Shown in pieces: positions 13,154-25,089 of a stretch of DNA of 64,000 bases (positions within the stretch are counted from its first letter, which is position 1; every line of letters begins with the position of its first letter). The DNA is from Haliotis rubra (Eukaryota), in contig NW_025764992.1 in assembly GCF_003918875.1 (NCBI RefSeq), forward strand, positions 434,001-498,000, in the 5' to 3' direction. The notes beneath the pieces were generated by a model. The model was not told where the DNA came from, searched no databases, and saw only the letters and a program-made list of their open reading frames with translations. A program made the position numbers and the translations under genes.

Positions 13154-13341
13154 TGCTACTGCTGCTGCTACTGCTGCTACTGCTACTGCTACTGCTGCTG
13201 CTGCTGCTACTACTGCTACTGCTACAAGGCTGTAACTAGTACATTCCCAGAACAACAACAACAGCAACAACAACTACTACAACAACAACAACTACTACTA
13301 CTACTACTACTACTACTGCTACTACTACTACTACTACTACT
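13154..13341. repeat. (CTA/CTG/CAA)n trinucleotide microsatellite
   Basis: Direct inspection; abuts the gap. Confidence 0.95.
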
Positions 13342-13343
13342 CC

Positions 13344-13492
13344 GGGCGGTTAGGTAGCCTAGTAGTCAAAACTTTCGCTCGTCACGCCGAAGACCCGGGT
13401 TCGATTCCCTACATGGGTACATTCTGGTGTCCCCCGCCGTGATATTGCTGGAATATTGCTATAAACAGCGTAAAACTAAACACACTCACTCA
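13344..13492 (+). mobile_element. SINE family A
   Basis: A/B boxes and (CACT)n tail. Confidence 0.85.
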
Positions 13493-14279
13493 TCCACTAC
13501 TACTACCACTACACCTTCTACTACAAAGTAAGCAAGTAAGCTACTAGCAGATTTCCAGCTACTACTACCGTTACAACTACAACACCCAATACTGTATATT
13601 AATAGCCAATATGGATTTACACAGTATCATTCACAACACAACAAAGGGTAGTCGGTATTGGTCACATTCAGTTTTCAGGTCATACTCACTGTAACACCGA
13701 AGGGACAAAGAATACTGAAATGTTGATCTCACGCATAAATCACGCATCACGCACGCACGCACGCACGCACTCACGCATGCACGCACACACTTCTACGACT
13801 ACGGCGGTTAAATATAAATATAGAAGCATAAAGTTTCATGTTAATCCGCTGCGATGAATCTTTTGAATGGTATCAGTACTTGCAAAAGGTGTAAATACGC
13901 CACATTTCAAAGAGCGAATATTCACAATATGCCATCCTTTATCCACACAAATAATGGTGGTGTCATCACAGGGCATGGGACATGAGTTGACTGAAGAATA
14001 AACCAACTTGGAATACTTCTTCTTTTCAAAAGGAGGCGATTAAATGACTGAAATACGATTACACCGGACACTGATATTCTTTACAGTTAGACTAAAGTGG
14101 CTACCCCACTGTGAATAGCCCCTCAATGCTACTGTATGGCTCGATCCATCGCACACTAACAGCGTACGCCAACTTTTATATACACTTCGATATTGTATTG
14201 TCATTCACACAACCAGTAAGTGTCTTCCATGACGGTTGAGCTAAATATATCCTCCTTGCAGTTTGAGTGTACATTATTA

Positions 14280-15562
14280 TAGTATGACCAGAAATTATTG
14301 AGAATTTTAGGAATATGTTTAATTGGATATCTAGTATAAACAACCTTGACCATCTATCAAGTGCTTGGTTTCATTTAAAAGAGACAACTCCGTTAATCCT
14401 TTTTCATTAGTTTGTGAAGAGTTATCCCCCTTTGTTTACTTGCTAGCAGACGACATTTTCAGTGATCCTCAGTATGGATGATTTAGAGAAGAGGAAGTTA
14501 ATTTTAGAGTATTATAACAAGGACATCAGATCAGCTTAAGTGATTTCAAGTAGAACAGGCATCCCTTTGTCCACTGTTTATCGTGTTTTGAAAAATATTG
14601 CAAATGGATATGGCATTGAACACCAGGGAGGCGCAGGTAGGCCCAGAAAATTGACTGTCGGTGACAGGAGGCAGCTTGGTATTCTTGTTTCTAAAAACAA
14701 ACGAAGGAGTTTAGAAAACTTAAGGCTGGATATGATTGATAGAGGAACTGTGGCTGTCTGTAAGGAGACAATTAGAACTGAGCTGCATGCAATGGGTTGG
14801 CAGAAAAGTCGAGGAATTCCATCACCGATCATGAAACCTGAACAAAAGGAGCGAAGGTTGAACTGGTGCTTACAGCATGGAAATTTTAATTGGGACAATG
14901 TGATTTTCTCAGATTAACGTTCTGTGTGGCTGTTTCCTAATACACTGAAATTCTGGACCAAACAAACTGAAAAACCTTTGTATCAGCGCCCAAAGTACAG
15001 TCCGAAATTTAGCGTGTTGGGTGGCATATCTGTGTTAGGTGCAACGCCCCTCTGTGTATTTGAAGGGAATATAAACAGTGAGCGGTACACAGATATTCTC
15101 GAGGGACATTTACTTCCATCTGCTCACGTGTTCTATGGAAATATTTGGATTTTCCAGCAGGACAACGACCCAAAACATCGTTTAAGCATTCACAGTTTCG
15201 GCCCCAAAATATGACATTATTAGATTGGCCAAGCTATAGCCCTGACCTAAATCCAATAGAAAATGTTTGGGGACTTATGAAGGAAAGTGTCAATAAGAAA
15301 ATCTGACAAATATTGCTGAATGAAAGAAGAGGTGGTCCGATATTGGGACAGCATGGACCACGACTTTCTAACTTCTTTGATCAGTAGTATGCCCCGCCGC
15401 ATTGAAGGCTGCATTGCTGCCCATGGTGACTTGACAAAATACTAACTGTTCACCTGTCTTTGAATCTGGAGTTATGTTCTGCTAATATTCACATTTAATA
15501 CGTGAGTAATGAGTGAATTTTTTTTTACAATCTTAAATTCTCAATAATTTCTGGTTGTACTG
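14280..15562 (+). mobile_element. Full-length but inactivated Tc1 (DD34E) transposon
   Basis: ~28-bp TIRs (AGTATGACCAGAAATTATTGAGAATTT / AAATTCTCAATAATTTCTGGTTGTACTG) with TA at both ends; GRPRKLT, VIFSD, FQQDNDPKH, WPSYSPDLNPIE; in-frame stops and frameshifts. Confidence 0.92.
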
Positions 15563-15773
15563 TATATGGATATCGTCGTGCAGTATCACCAGACGAAACT
15601 GTGATGTACATCTGTTATCCTCTCTCAGTGTTTCTGGAACATTATTTTCCCTTGCGCCCACTCCTTTCTGTAACGCAAATGCCCGAAATGAAGCAACTCT
15701 ATATATTTCTCATCTCCTTTTTAATATTAATGGAATCTTTTGTTTCTATCAAGATTTTATATTTTCGGAAACA

Positions 15774-15944
15774 CTGACTGACTGACTGAGTTTAGTTTTA
15801 CGCCGCTTTTAGCAATATTCCAGCAACATCACGGCGGGGGACACCAGAAATGGGCTTCACACAATGTACCCATGTGGGGATTAGAACCCAGGTCTTCGGC
15901 GTGACGAGCCAACGCTTTAACCACTAGGCTACCCCACCGCCCCC
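15774..15944 (-). mobile_element. SINE family A with 12-bp TSD
   Basis: TSD TTTTCGGAAACA. Confidence 0.92.
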
Positions 15945-16011
15945 TTTTCGGAAACAAGGAAGGTTATGTAACCTCCTGACCTCCAAGTGTTGATACGTCA
16001 ACAGGACAGAG

Positions 16012-16249
16012 TGAGTGAGTTTAGTTTTACGCCTCACTCAGCAATATTCCAGCTATATGGCGGCGGTCTGTAAATAATCGAGTCTGGACCAGACAATCCA
16101 GTGTTCAAGAGCATGAGCATCGATCTGCGCAATCGGGATACGATGTGTCAACCAAGTCAGCAAGCCTGACCACCCGATCCCGTTAGTCGCCTCTTACGAC
16201 AAGCATTGGTTACTGAAGATCAATATTCTAGCCCGGACCTTCACGGGTA
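16012..16249 (-). mobile_element. SINE-like family B, full length with 14-bp TSD
   Basis: TSD TCAACAGGACAGAG; 5' end ACCCGTGAAGG; (CACT)n tail. Confidence 0.92.
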
Positions 16250-17159
16250 TCAACAGGACAGAGGCCAGAGGCTACTGTAAACAACTGACCACAATCGGTG
16301 ACACCTACTCATTAGTACAACGTGAAAACATAAGCAAACTTTTACTCTATTTATGATATATTTCTCAGAATGTAGAGTAGGCCTATATAGAACAACCCTG
16401 ATAATTATTTTACCATCGTGCATTAACCGGAATTATTCAACGATCGTTTTTGTGGCCGCCATAATTTTCGACTTGTACGACTTTTGATACAAAGACTGCC
16501 TGTATATTTCACAAAATATGACATTATGAACATGTAACTATTGTGTTACGAGTATCCATGGTTAACAATCAAATGTCGTTGAACACCTGAAATAACCAGT
16601 CCAATTTGCCAACCTTTATATCAACAATATGCTGAAATAGTTTGTGTTTCGAGAAAACCTTTACTAAATCATATTAGTATTGTCTTACCAGAACAGTTCC
16701 CAATCTGACATTGTCTATTTAACGCCTTTGTAATAACTAAATACTAGAACAGACTCTGTGGTATAAATATCATTAGCGCAAATGCGTTAATTCATCACGT
16801 TTTATAAAGCCTTTTCATACCATATCAATATTCCCAGTAGAGGTGATCGGACCATTCTTAATGAGGCCTCATGAATATTCATAGATGCGTAAAAATCAGT
16901 GTTGATAACAGTAGGTATCCTAGCTGTGCCAACCACAACGGCTCTAAGTATAACTTGCCATTTCAACAGATGTTGTTGACAGGATAGCCATTTTGTTCCG
17001 AGATATCTCGACTTTCGTTCAAGTATTAGCATGGCCAGCTCCCGTGTTGCAGTTCTGTTGGCCTGGCGGATATAAACTCAGAAGGTTGCTATCCATGACG
17101 AGTTCTTCTGTTGATCTTCGGGGATTCAAAGTAGAGTGTGTCGCTGTATCATGCTCATA

Positions 17160-17390
17160 CGAGCAGGATCCGGGTTAGAATTGATATTTAGTAACCAATC
17201 CTTGTCGTAAGAGGCGACTAATGGGATCGGGTGGTCAGGCTCGCTGACTTGGTTGACACATGTCATCGTGACCCAGTTGCGTAAAACTAGCTCAAGCTGG
17301 ATTGTCTGGTCCAGACTCGAATATTTACAGACCGCCGCCATATAGCTGGAATATTGCTGAATGCGGCGTAAAACTGAAATCACTCACTCA
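17160..17390 (+). mobile_element. SINE-like family B
   Basis: GATCCGGGTTAGAATTG...GTCGTAAGAGGCGACTAA...GCTGGAATATTGCTG...CACTCACTC. Confidence 0.85.
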
Positions 17391-17433
17391 TACAAGAGAG
17401 AGAGTACACACTGTGACGTCTCTTGAGCTCCTG

Positions 17434-17534
17434 GGCCTAGATTTTCGAAGCTCTCTTAGCGCTAGGATAGTCGTAACTGCCATACATTAACTTACGACGA
17501 TCTTAGCGCTAAGAGAGCTTCGAAAATCTAGGCC
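17434..17534. mobile_element. Foldback MITE with CTG TSD (Harbinger-like termini)
   Basis: ~43-bp near-perfect inverted arms starting GGCCTAGATTTTCGAAGCTCTCTTAGCGCTA; CTG on both flanks. Confidence 0.85.
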
Positions 17535-18212
17535 CTGGTTTATCTATAATGCATCTAACACGACTGCCGATGTCTATTAAATAGCTGATGTGACTACATG
17601 TCATTTGTTTTTCGCGAACACATGGTACCATGGCTATTTAATACTGATTCATAAACAGATGACCTTTATATGGTCGGAATCGTACAATCGACTTTGATTT
17701 TAGCAGTGATTTCTTATGGACGTGGAAAAGACTTTGTCGCTTTTTTGACAATTCTCCATGAAACGTACAATTTATGCTGGTACTAATGCCACACACTGTG
17801 AGTATTGTCTATTATTATACTTCAGTATTTAGTTTTGAGTACAATCATGAAATGGGGTACAGATCGCAACGCTGCCTGGTTGACAGCAGTCACCGAAATA
17901 CAGCGAATGTAAGGTCTTAATGACAATTTGATACCTGTACCGAGTACTTTAACATCAGATAACCATTGCCTTTTTACATATAGCTACCAAATATGGTGGT
18001 GTACTTTCTTTTGTTCGTCAGTTTAGTTGCGTTCCATTTTACCCCATTATTGTTTGCGAGTTTGTCAGCCCTGAGAGAGTGTCAACAAATTGGTGAGACC
18101 TGCATTGCCTTCGTCACTCAAGCATGTACGCTGTGATAGAACTAAAATTCCGTTCGAGGGTATTCATTCACTTTCAAAGAAGCTACCGTAAAAGGGACGT
18201 ATGTGTTACATA

Positions 18213-18370
18213 AGTGAGGTTAGTTTTTAACCGCTTTTAGTAATATCCCAGCAATATTCCAGCAATATCACGGCAGGGGACACCTGAAATGGGCTTCACA
18301 CATTGTACTCGTGTGGGGAATCAAACCCGGGCTTTTGGTGTGACGAGCGAACGCTTTAACCACTCGCCCC
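18213..18370 (-). mobile_element. SINE family A (head-deleted variant)
   Basis: Same variant and flank recur at 54097-54357. Confidence 0.85.
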
Positions 18371-18589
18371 TTTATAAATAATGTGTCTAGATTATAGCAT
18401 AAGAGTCACTGACCACTTGATGTACAGTGTAGGGGATGGTGTGTGTTTGATAAAAAAGAATCAGGAACGGAAACCGACACGTTTCAATTACTGCCAAAGC
18501 ATTGCCATCTGTATGACGACATCTGTCTCCCGCGGGCGAATATCCTGCCATGATTATGCTGATTTAGTAAGTGTGGTGGTGCACGGTCC

Positions 18590-18946
18590 TGTGCTCAAAG
18601 CTCAGGTCACAAATCGGTGAAGTTAAGCAGCGTCAAGCTCAGAGAGTCCTTGGATGGGTGACCGTGATTGGTAGCTTGACTCCTGAGAGTTTCTAGGACT
18701 TGAGTCCTGCCCCACAACGAAGCACATGTGACACATGTGGTCTCACCTTAGGCAAGTGAGTTTGTTCAAAATTGTCTCTGTTCACCCAGCAGGAAAATGG
18801 GTACCCGGTGGAAAAAGTCATATGACTATAACCTTCTTAGGCAGCTTGGGTTATCCGGGGTAATAATGTGCTGTGCCTTGATTGTTAGCGCTATGAGCAT
18901 ACCTAGTGTGAAGTTTGGCGCTATATAAATGGACACATTATTATTT
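18590..18946 (+). mobile_element. 5S rRNA-headed SINE (SINE3-type) with CORE-like body and L2-like tail
   Basis: GAAGTTAAGCAGCGTC...CTTGGATGGGTGACCG (5S box A/C); CTTAGGCAAG...CACCCAGCAGGAAAATGGGTACC; GCGCTATATAAAT...(ATT)n. Confidence 0.7.
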
Positions 18947-19124
18947 AGGATATATAATGTGTTACTGCACTCAAAATCGTACCGTGGATACCTCTATTTC
19001 CATGTTATACACAACCAATCAGAGTAAATGATGGCGCTATACAAGGTTGAAAGGAATCCAGGCAGCAGGGAGTTATGAATACACAATGCCAGTTAGATAG
19101 TGGTCAAATGTAACATACGTTATA

Positions 19125-20660
19125 TACTCAGCAGCAAAAAAACCCGTCAGTACGCATTCAAAATTAGATAGGCACTGTAATCAAATCATTATAGAAATTG
19201 ACATAATAAGCCGATCAAAAACAATTTTTGTGTACAATATCTTGACACATCAATGAACAACTCAGCAGAATTTCAAGACATTACGTGAACGTTTGCAGTC
19301 CATTCAGACTCTTGACTTCAGTATCTAGTGTGACCACCACGAGCGGCAATAACTGCAGCACAGCGTCTATGCATGGAGTACACCAATCGATTGATGAAGG
19401 CCATTGGTACCTGTAACCACTCTCTGAGAAAGGCCTGGCGCAATAAATCGGCTGTGTTCGGCCTTGGTATGACATTATTCAGTCTCCTCTGAATTTCATC
19501 CCAGAGATGTTCAATTGCGTTTAAATCAGGACTAAGGGCTGGCCACTGCATAATGGTGACAGCGTTTTGCTGTAGAAAGTCCCGTGTAGCTCTGGCAGTA
19601 TGGACCCAGGCGTTTTCATGCTGGAAAATGTTCCGGTGACGTGCAAAATGTGGTATGACGTGGGGTCTGAGAGCTTGGTCGATGTAGCGCACCGCTGTGA
19701 TGCCGCCTACTCTCCCTGGACCAAGGTTCTGGAACACCACAGGACCCACTCTCTGGTTCAGGCCTATTCCACCCCATACCATGATGCTTGCACCTCCCCA
19801 TGAGTCTCTTTCCATAACACATTGGTCTGAGTAACGCTGGCCACGTCGTCGCCATATTCTTGTTCTGCCATCTGCAGTTGATACGCAGTACCGACTCTCA
19901 TCTGTGAACAGAACAGTTCTCCATTGCCTGTATCGCCAGTTTTTGTGTTGTAGGGCAAACTGTAGACGTTCACGCCGATGACGAGGGGTGAGGATAGGTC
20001 CACGATAAGGTCTACGGCAATGGAGGTTCCCACTGTTAAGACGTCGGCGTAATGTATCAGTACTGATTGGTCTTCCGTGTGTTCCCACTGTCTGGCGTGC
20101 TGTTTCGGATGCCTGCATGAAGGGATTCTGTACATGCTATCGCACAACATGGCGGTCTTGACGTCTTGTGATCACCCTTGGTCTGCCAGTACGGGGGCGA
20201 TCATTTGTGGTGTTGGTGGCCCGGAAACGTTGCTGCAGCCTGTAGATGGTCCGAACGTTGACCTGGAAGTGATTGGCAACGGCTTGTGCAGTGTGGCCAG
20301 CTTCAAGTCTTCCAAGCGCCTGGTTCCTCTGAGCTGTCGTGAGTCGCGGCATCCTGCTGACGTTTTCATGTGAATGTTTCAACCAGGTTTGGGGGTCCAT
20401 TATATAGGGCTGTTCCTTGTGAACAGTACGTGCAGCATGAGTTGCATGAAAAACATGGAGAACACCGTACCATCTCCGAGATCAGATTGCGTTTTTGAGA
20501 CCATTTCCTGGGTTCCATTCTGAGTTTGGGAAGGAATGTCTTTGCTCAGGTAAAGTTGGAGATGTTGTCAAAAATATACAATCAAAACATTACATGAGTT
20601 TACAGTTATCCGTTTCTGCGAAGGAAAATTCCAAACTGACGTTTCTTTTGCTGCTTAGTG
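19125..20660 (-). mobile_element. Near-intact Tc1 (DD34E) transposon, 1536 bp
   Basis: TIRs (C/T)ACT(A/C)AGCAGCAAAA...CGTCAGT with TA flanks. Transposase 20352-19318 in one frame with one TAG at 20137-20139; LFTDES, QHENA, SPDLNAIE with 34-residue spacing. Confidence 0.95.
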
Positions 20661-20663
20661 TAT

Positions 20664-20804
20664 TTGGGATGATAGTTGCTAAGTAAACTACAGATTCTAG
20701 AACTGTTAGGTTGAGACCCACCCGGGGTTCGAACCCACGCCATCAGACTCAGGCACCTAATCGCCAGCACACAAAGTCAGACGCCTAACCCGCTCTGCCA
20801 CGGG
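20664..20804 (-). mobile_element. tRNA(Leu)-like SINE, split by the Tc1; inverted partial copy at 20846-20930
   Basis: GTGGCAGAGCGGGTTAGGCGTCTGACT...GGCGTGGGTTCGAACCCC. Confidence 0.6.
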
Positions 20805-23800
20805 TTATTACATTCAATATTATGTTTCTATATCATATGTGTCGCATCCGCGGTGGCTGAACGGGTTAGGCGTCTGACTAGAATCTGTACTTTACTGAGA
20901 AAGTGTAATTCTAAATATAACACATGTTGCAGGGAAGTAACAAACGGAGTAATGCATCTGTGAGTTGTGACAGCTCATGATCAGATATTTCTACAGAGGT
21001 CATTACGATATGGTTACGTTACTTTTTTCGCATTTCGCTGTGATAACTGAAGACCACATCATTCGAATAAGGAGTAGTATAATCGTAAACACAATGAAAA
21101 TTACAGGCGATTAAGCCATCCCAGCGTTATATACGCCTAGCAATTCACAGACCAGCGATGCGTTTGCAATGGAGACACGTCGTTCACTTAAGTAAAAACG
21201 CGACCGACAACAACGTTCCTGGAAAGCTTCCACTCTTCGATTCCAGCTTTCTTGCAAAGCTTCAACTCTTCGATTTGAGCAGAAATTCTGCTGTTTATGA
21301 GTATAGTGAAACGTTTAAGAAATTACATTTCGTGTCTCTCTGAATTATGTGGAGAAAGCTAGCGATGTGAAACGGGTGACGAATTCTATATTGTATACGA
21401 CAAGCTAGTTGTAAATGACAAGCTTATACATACAACGGGGGACATTTTAAGAAAATCATTGACCTGATGGGAAATGGCCAATCCACCGATTTTCTTGGGT
21501 CTCTTGGTATGCTGCGCTGACGCGACACTGGCCAGGACAATGATTGCACAATGGCGCCTTTGCAATTGCATGGCAAACAAACATGGCCACCAGCTATATA
21601 TTTGACATCGAAAAACCCGAGAACAGGTGGTCTGAATTTTCCCCGTACTATAGGATCGTTTATGTAACGAAAATAACACCCATTGTTACTTTTAATGAAG
21701 GAAAACCTTACTGAAGCAGTTTCGGAACACGAAAAACGTCGTCACACAAGTCACAATGTAAACAATGACACGCCGCTTCTTACTTTTCGACAGCGATATA
21801 TTCTTTAGTATTTCGTGTCAGCTGGGAATTCTACACATAATACATGGAACTTAACGAATAAATATTAAATAATTTCATTGATGCCAAATTGCTGATTTCG
21901 ATGACATTGGTCTGTTTTCTCCTACTGTGTTATGCTTGAAATAAACTGAACTCTCAGTCTAACAACTACAAAGTAGGACTATATATACATTCTCCATTAT
22001 ACTTAATTAGTCAGTACATGCCATATCTCATTGCAACATGATATCTTAAACTGTTTTGTTTTTCATAGGATGAGTATGCATGAGGAATTGATGTAAAATA
22101 TAACATTAGACATGGAGTGGCAACTTCAACATGATGTTGTGAGAAATGTATTACAAATAACACTCTGTGTATGTTGCCTACTTGACAATCACTATGCCAG
22201 GAGGTTCTACCAGTTGGTCCTAAAAAAACTCACTGTTGTCAAGAGTACCAGACGAAACTATGTGTTAATACACTCACAAGGGCTTCCTGTTGTCAAAGAC
22301 ATTTTTGGTACAAACATAAAGGTTATTAAAAGTTAATGATGTTCCCATACGTCTTTTGATACATCTAGCTTGGTCTTAGGGGATAGAGGCACTAAACTAT
22401 TCTGATATATGTTAATATATTAAACATTAAAAAGCAAACATTAATAATACGGTTTTGGTCCTTACATTGAAATTACACCAGTACATGATCAACGGAATTC
22501 CAAGCAAAATCAGTGATTGTGTGTGGAAATACATATGTATGCACTAACTGTAGTCTCAAATAATATAATGTAGTAAGTTCTTTTGGTATATCTACAGGAT
22601 TGTCATGCTCTTACATGGAAACATGTAGTATGATTAACTGTTAACTGGTTGAAATAATTGCTTATTTCATGGTGAAAATAATATTATTTATGACTTGTAT
22701 CGGAGAATGCACATTTCTTTGGGTGGGTGGGGGTTTGTATTCTCTTAGGGGACATGGGATTTTGTGTTTGGACACACACTCGACTTACACTTGTCACATG
22801 AACAGGAAGAATCAGTCACATGCGCTCGTGTATTGCTGCACGTGCGTCTCGCTTCATGGGTGTATTTCGGTGGGACCAAACACGTCGGGTGAGTTTGAAA
22901 CAAATTACACCGTCAATTTTCATTCTTATGCAGGAAGTGCAACCAATTTAGATTCTTATGTAGAACAGCTTAATGAAGTTAAAGCCCTCTATGGGACACA
23001 AGGAAGCTCATCGTGCCAAATGTAAACCACCCACGCCAAAGTCCACCACAGTGGTTTGATAGGGAACACGAGATCCGAAACGTACAGAATATGCCCTTCT
23101 AGACTAGATAACGAATGATATTTATCATTGTACTGAACATTTAAGCTTTTTAAAGAAACCTGTAAAGGGATAAAGATGGCATGAAAAGTCCGCCTCAGGA
23201 CAGACTGTAAAGTCTGCAAAAAGAAAAGATTTTTTTTTACAGCAGCAAAGATATAATACCAACTGCAGATAACTTTTAGATCCACCCGTAAAATCTCCCA
23301 TTTGATCAAGATCTAGAAATCCATGTTGCTTTAGGTTGTTAAACTTCGACTGACTAAACAGATACAGGAACTTGAAATATTAAATGCTCAACACCATTTG
23401 AAACTGTCAAATCACAGAACCATAGAACCAGGGAACTGGAAGTCCCATAACATAAATCTGACTCCAGATAATATAGAAGGATAGCCATGTCAGATCTTCA
23501 ATGATCATAAGTTATACTGATAGCCGAGTGGGCACGGGTGGCCGCATCTCGAGGTGCAGAGTTGCCTCCCTTCAGTACCTTCGATCGTTGGTTTGAATCC
23601 CGGTCCTCCCCGATGTTTTAGGTTTGTCATCGCCACACCTGTGCCCGGGGGTTTCATCAAAGTCCTTAGCATCTAAAGCCTGCCTCACTCCGGGCTTTCC
23701 TCCTACTTTAAGCTGGCATAACTTAAATACTGATAAATCCAGCTCCCGCATCTTCAGAACGCCAAGCAGGGTTGAGAGAAGCTTGCTGTATGAATGATCA

Positions 23801-24051
23801 TATATATTGACTAACACACAAAAAGATGCCGAAAAACATCTTCCAGAAAACATCCAAAATGGGTGAATATCCAGGATGAAAATGTAATCTTCACACAGCC
23901 GCTGGTCTTCATGTTGTGTTGTGTTGTGTCGTGTTGTGCTGCGTTATTTAGATGACAGAGGTACGTACTTGCCCCTTATATAGTCCTAAGCATACCAAAA
24001 TCAATGCTGCTCTACAAATATATAGCAAATACGACATCATCAGATAGTGGC

Positions 24052-24200
24052 GAGTGAATATGCTTTTACGCCGCTATGGGCAATAGTAACAGTCTCATAA
24101 CGGGGATACCAGAAATGGGCTTCACATTCTGTATCCATATGTGGAATCGAAACCGGTGTTCGGTGTGATGAAGAAACGCCTTAACCACTAGACTGCCAGA
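24052..24200 (-). mobile_element. SINE family A, diverged
   Basis: ACCAGAAATGGGCTTCACA...GAATCGAAACCGG. Confidence 0.75.
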
Positions 24201-24329
24201 CAGCCTCACATCAGCAACACATTCCGGACTGATAACTATTCTCAAAACGATAGCAGCAAATGAGTCGCTAAGTCTTGATAACATGACCACTGAAACTCTG
24301 AAACGGGTGAAAAGCACGTTTGCGCGCGC

Positions 24330-24342
24330 GCACACACACACA

Positions 24343-24387
<45 letters not shown>
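24330..24387. repeat. (CA)n microsatellite
   Basis: Direct inspection. Confidence 0.95.
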
Positions 24388-24391
<4 letters not shown>

Positions 24392-24407
24392 TCAGAGTGT
24401 GCAACAG

Positions 24408-24540
24408 GCCATCGGATCCCAATTGCGAAGATCGATGCTCATGCTGTTGATCACTGGATTTTCAGGTCCAAACTCGATTATTTACAGGCCACAACCATAT
24501 AGCTGGAATATTGCTGAGTGCGGCGTACTCACTCATTCAT
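24408..24540 (+). mobile_element. SINE-like family B, 3' half
   Basis: GATCGATGCTCATGCTGTTGATCACTGG...GCTGGAATATTGCTGAGTGCGGCG. Confidence 0.8.
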
Positions 24541-25089
24541 TAACACGTAATTATATATGCATGCGATTTATGGCAGGTCACAGCAAGACAGGCTATGGTC
24601 ATGGACCAGAAAGCCCATATTCGAGTTTATTATTTGTTCTATCATGGTAAGTCCATGTTAGTCACGATCAACCTTTGCTGGTCTTATGAGGCGACCAAAT
24701 GTATCGAGGGTCCGACTTGGTTGAGAGCGTGTCATGGTAACCCCGTGGTGTTGCTCATAATATCAATCACTGGAACAGGGACATACTCGATTATTTACAT
24801 GCCGCCAAAAGAGGCGATGATTCAATCAGCTTTTAAATTATTTGTTAACGTGAAATGATAAACTGTTCAATTAAATTAAAAAACTCTTTTCAGTATATTC
24901 ACTGAACAAAGATATTACCTGTCGGTAATTCGATTCAGTCCAATGAACACAAGTGGCTCTACACAGAAATGGAATTTACCTGTCAACCGTGCCCTGTCTC
25001 CGCTCCATGGATTCAGTTGAGTGTTAACGCAGAATAACGACGTGGCTTCGCTCGACCTACATTGACAATCTCGACAGAGGAAATACGAC

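Noticed and set aside
12686-13357. ORFs with poly-X/Q/L/A
   Set aside because: They span an N gap and a trinucleotide microsatellite.
18615-18665. 5S rRNA gene
   Set aside because: Only the promoter segment is similar and it is diverged; it continues into a SINE body.
23530-23620. Weak tRNA-like A/B box sequence (also ~10150-10210)
   Set aside because: Too degenerate to assign; no cloverleaf could be built by eye.
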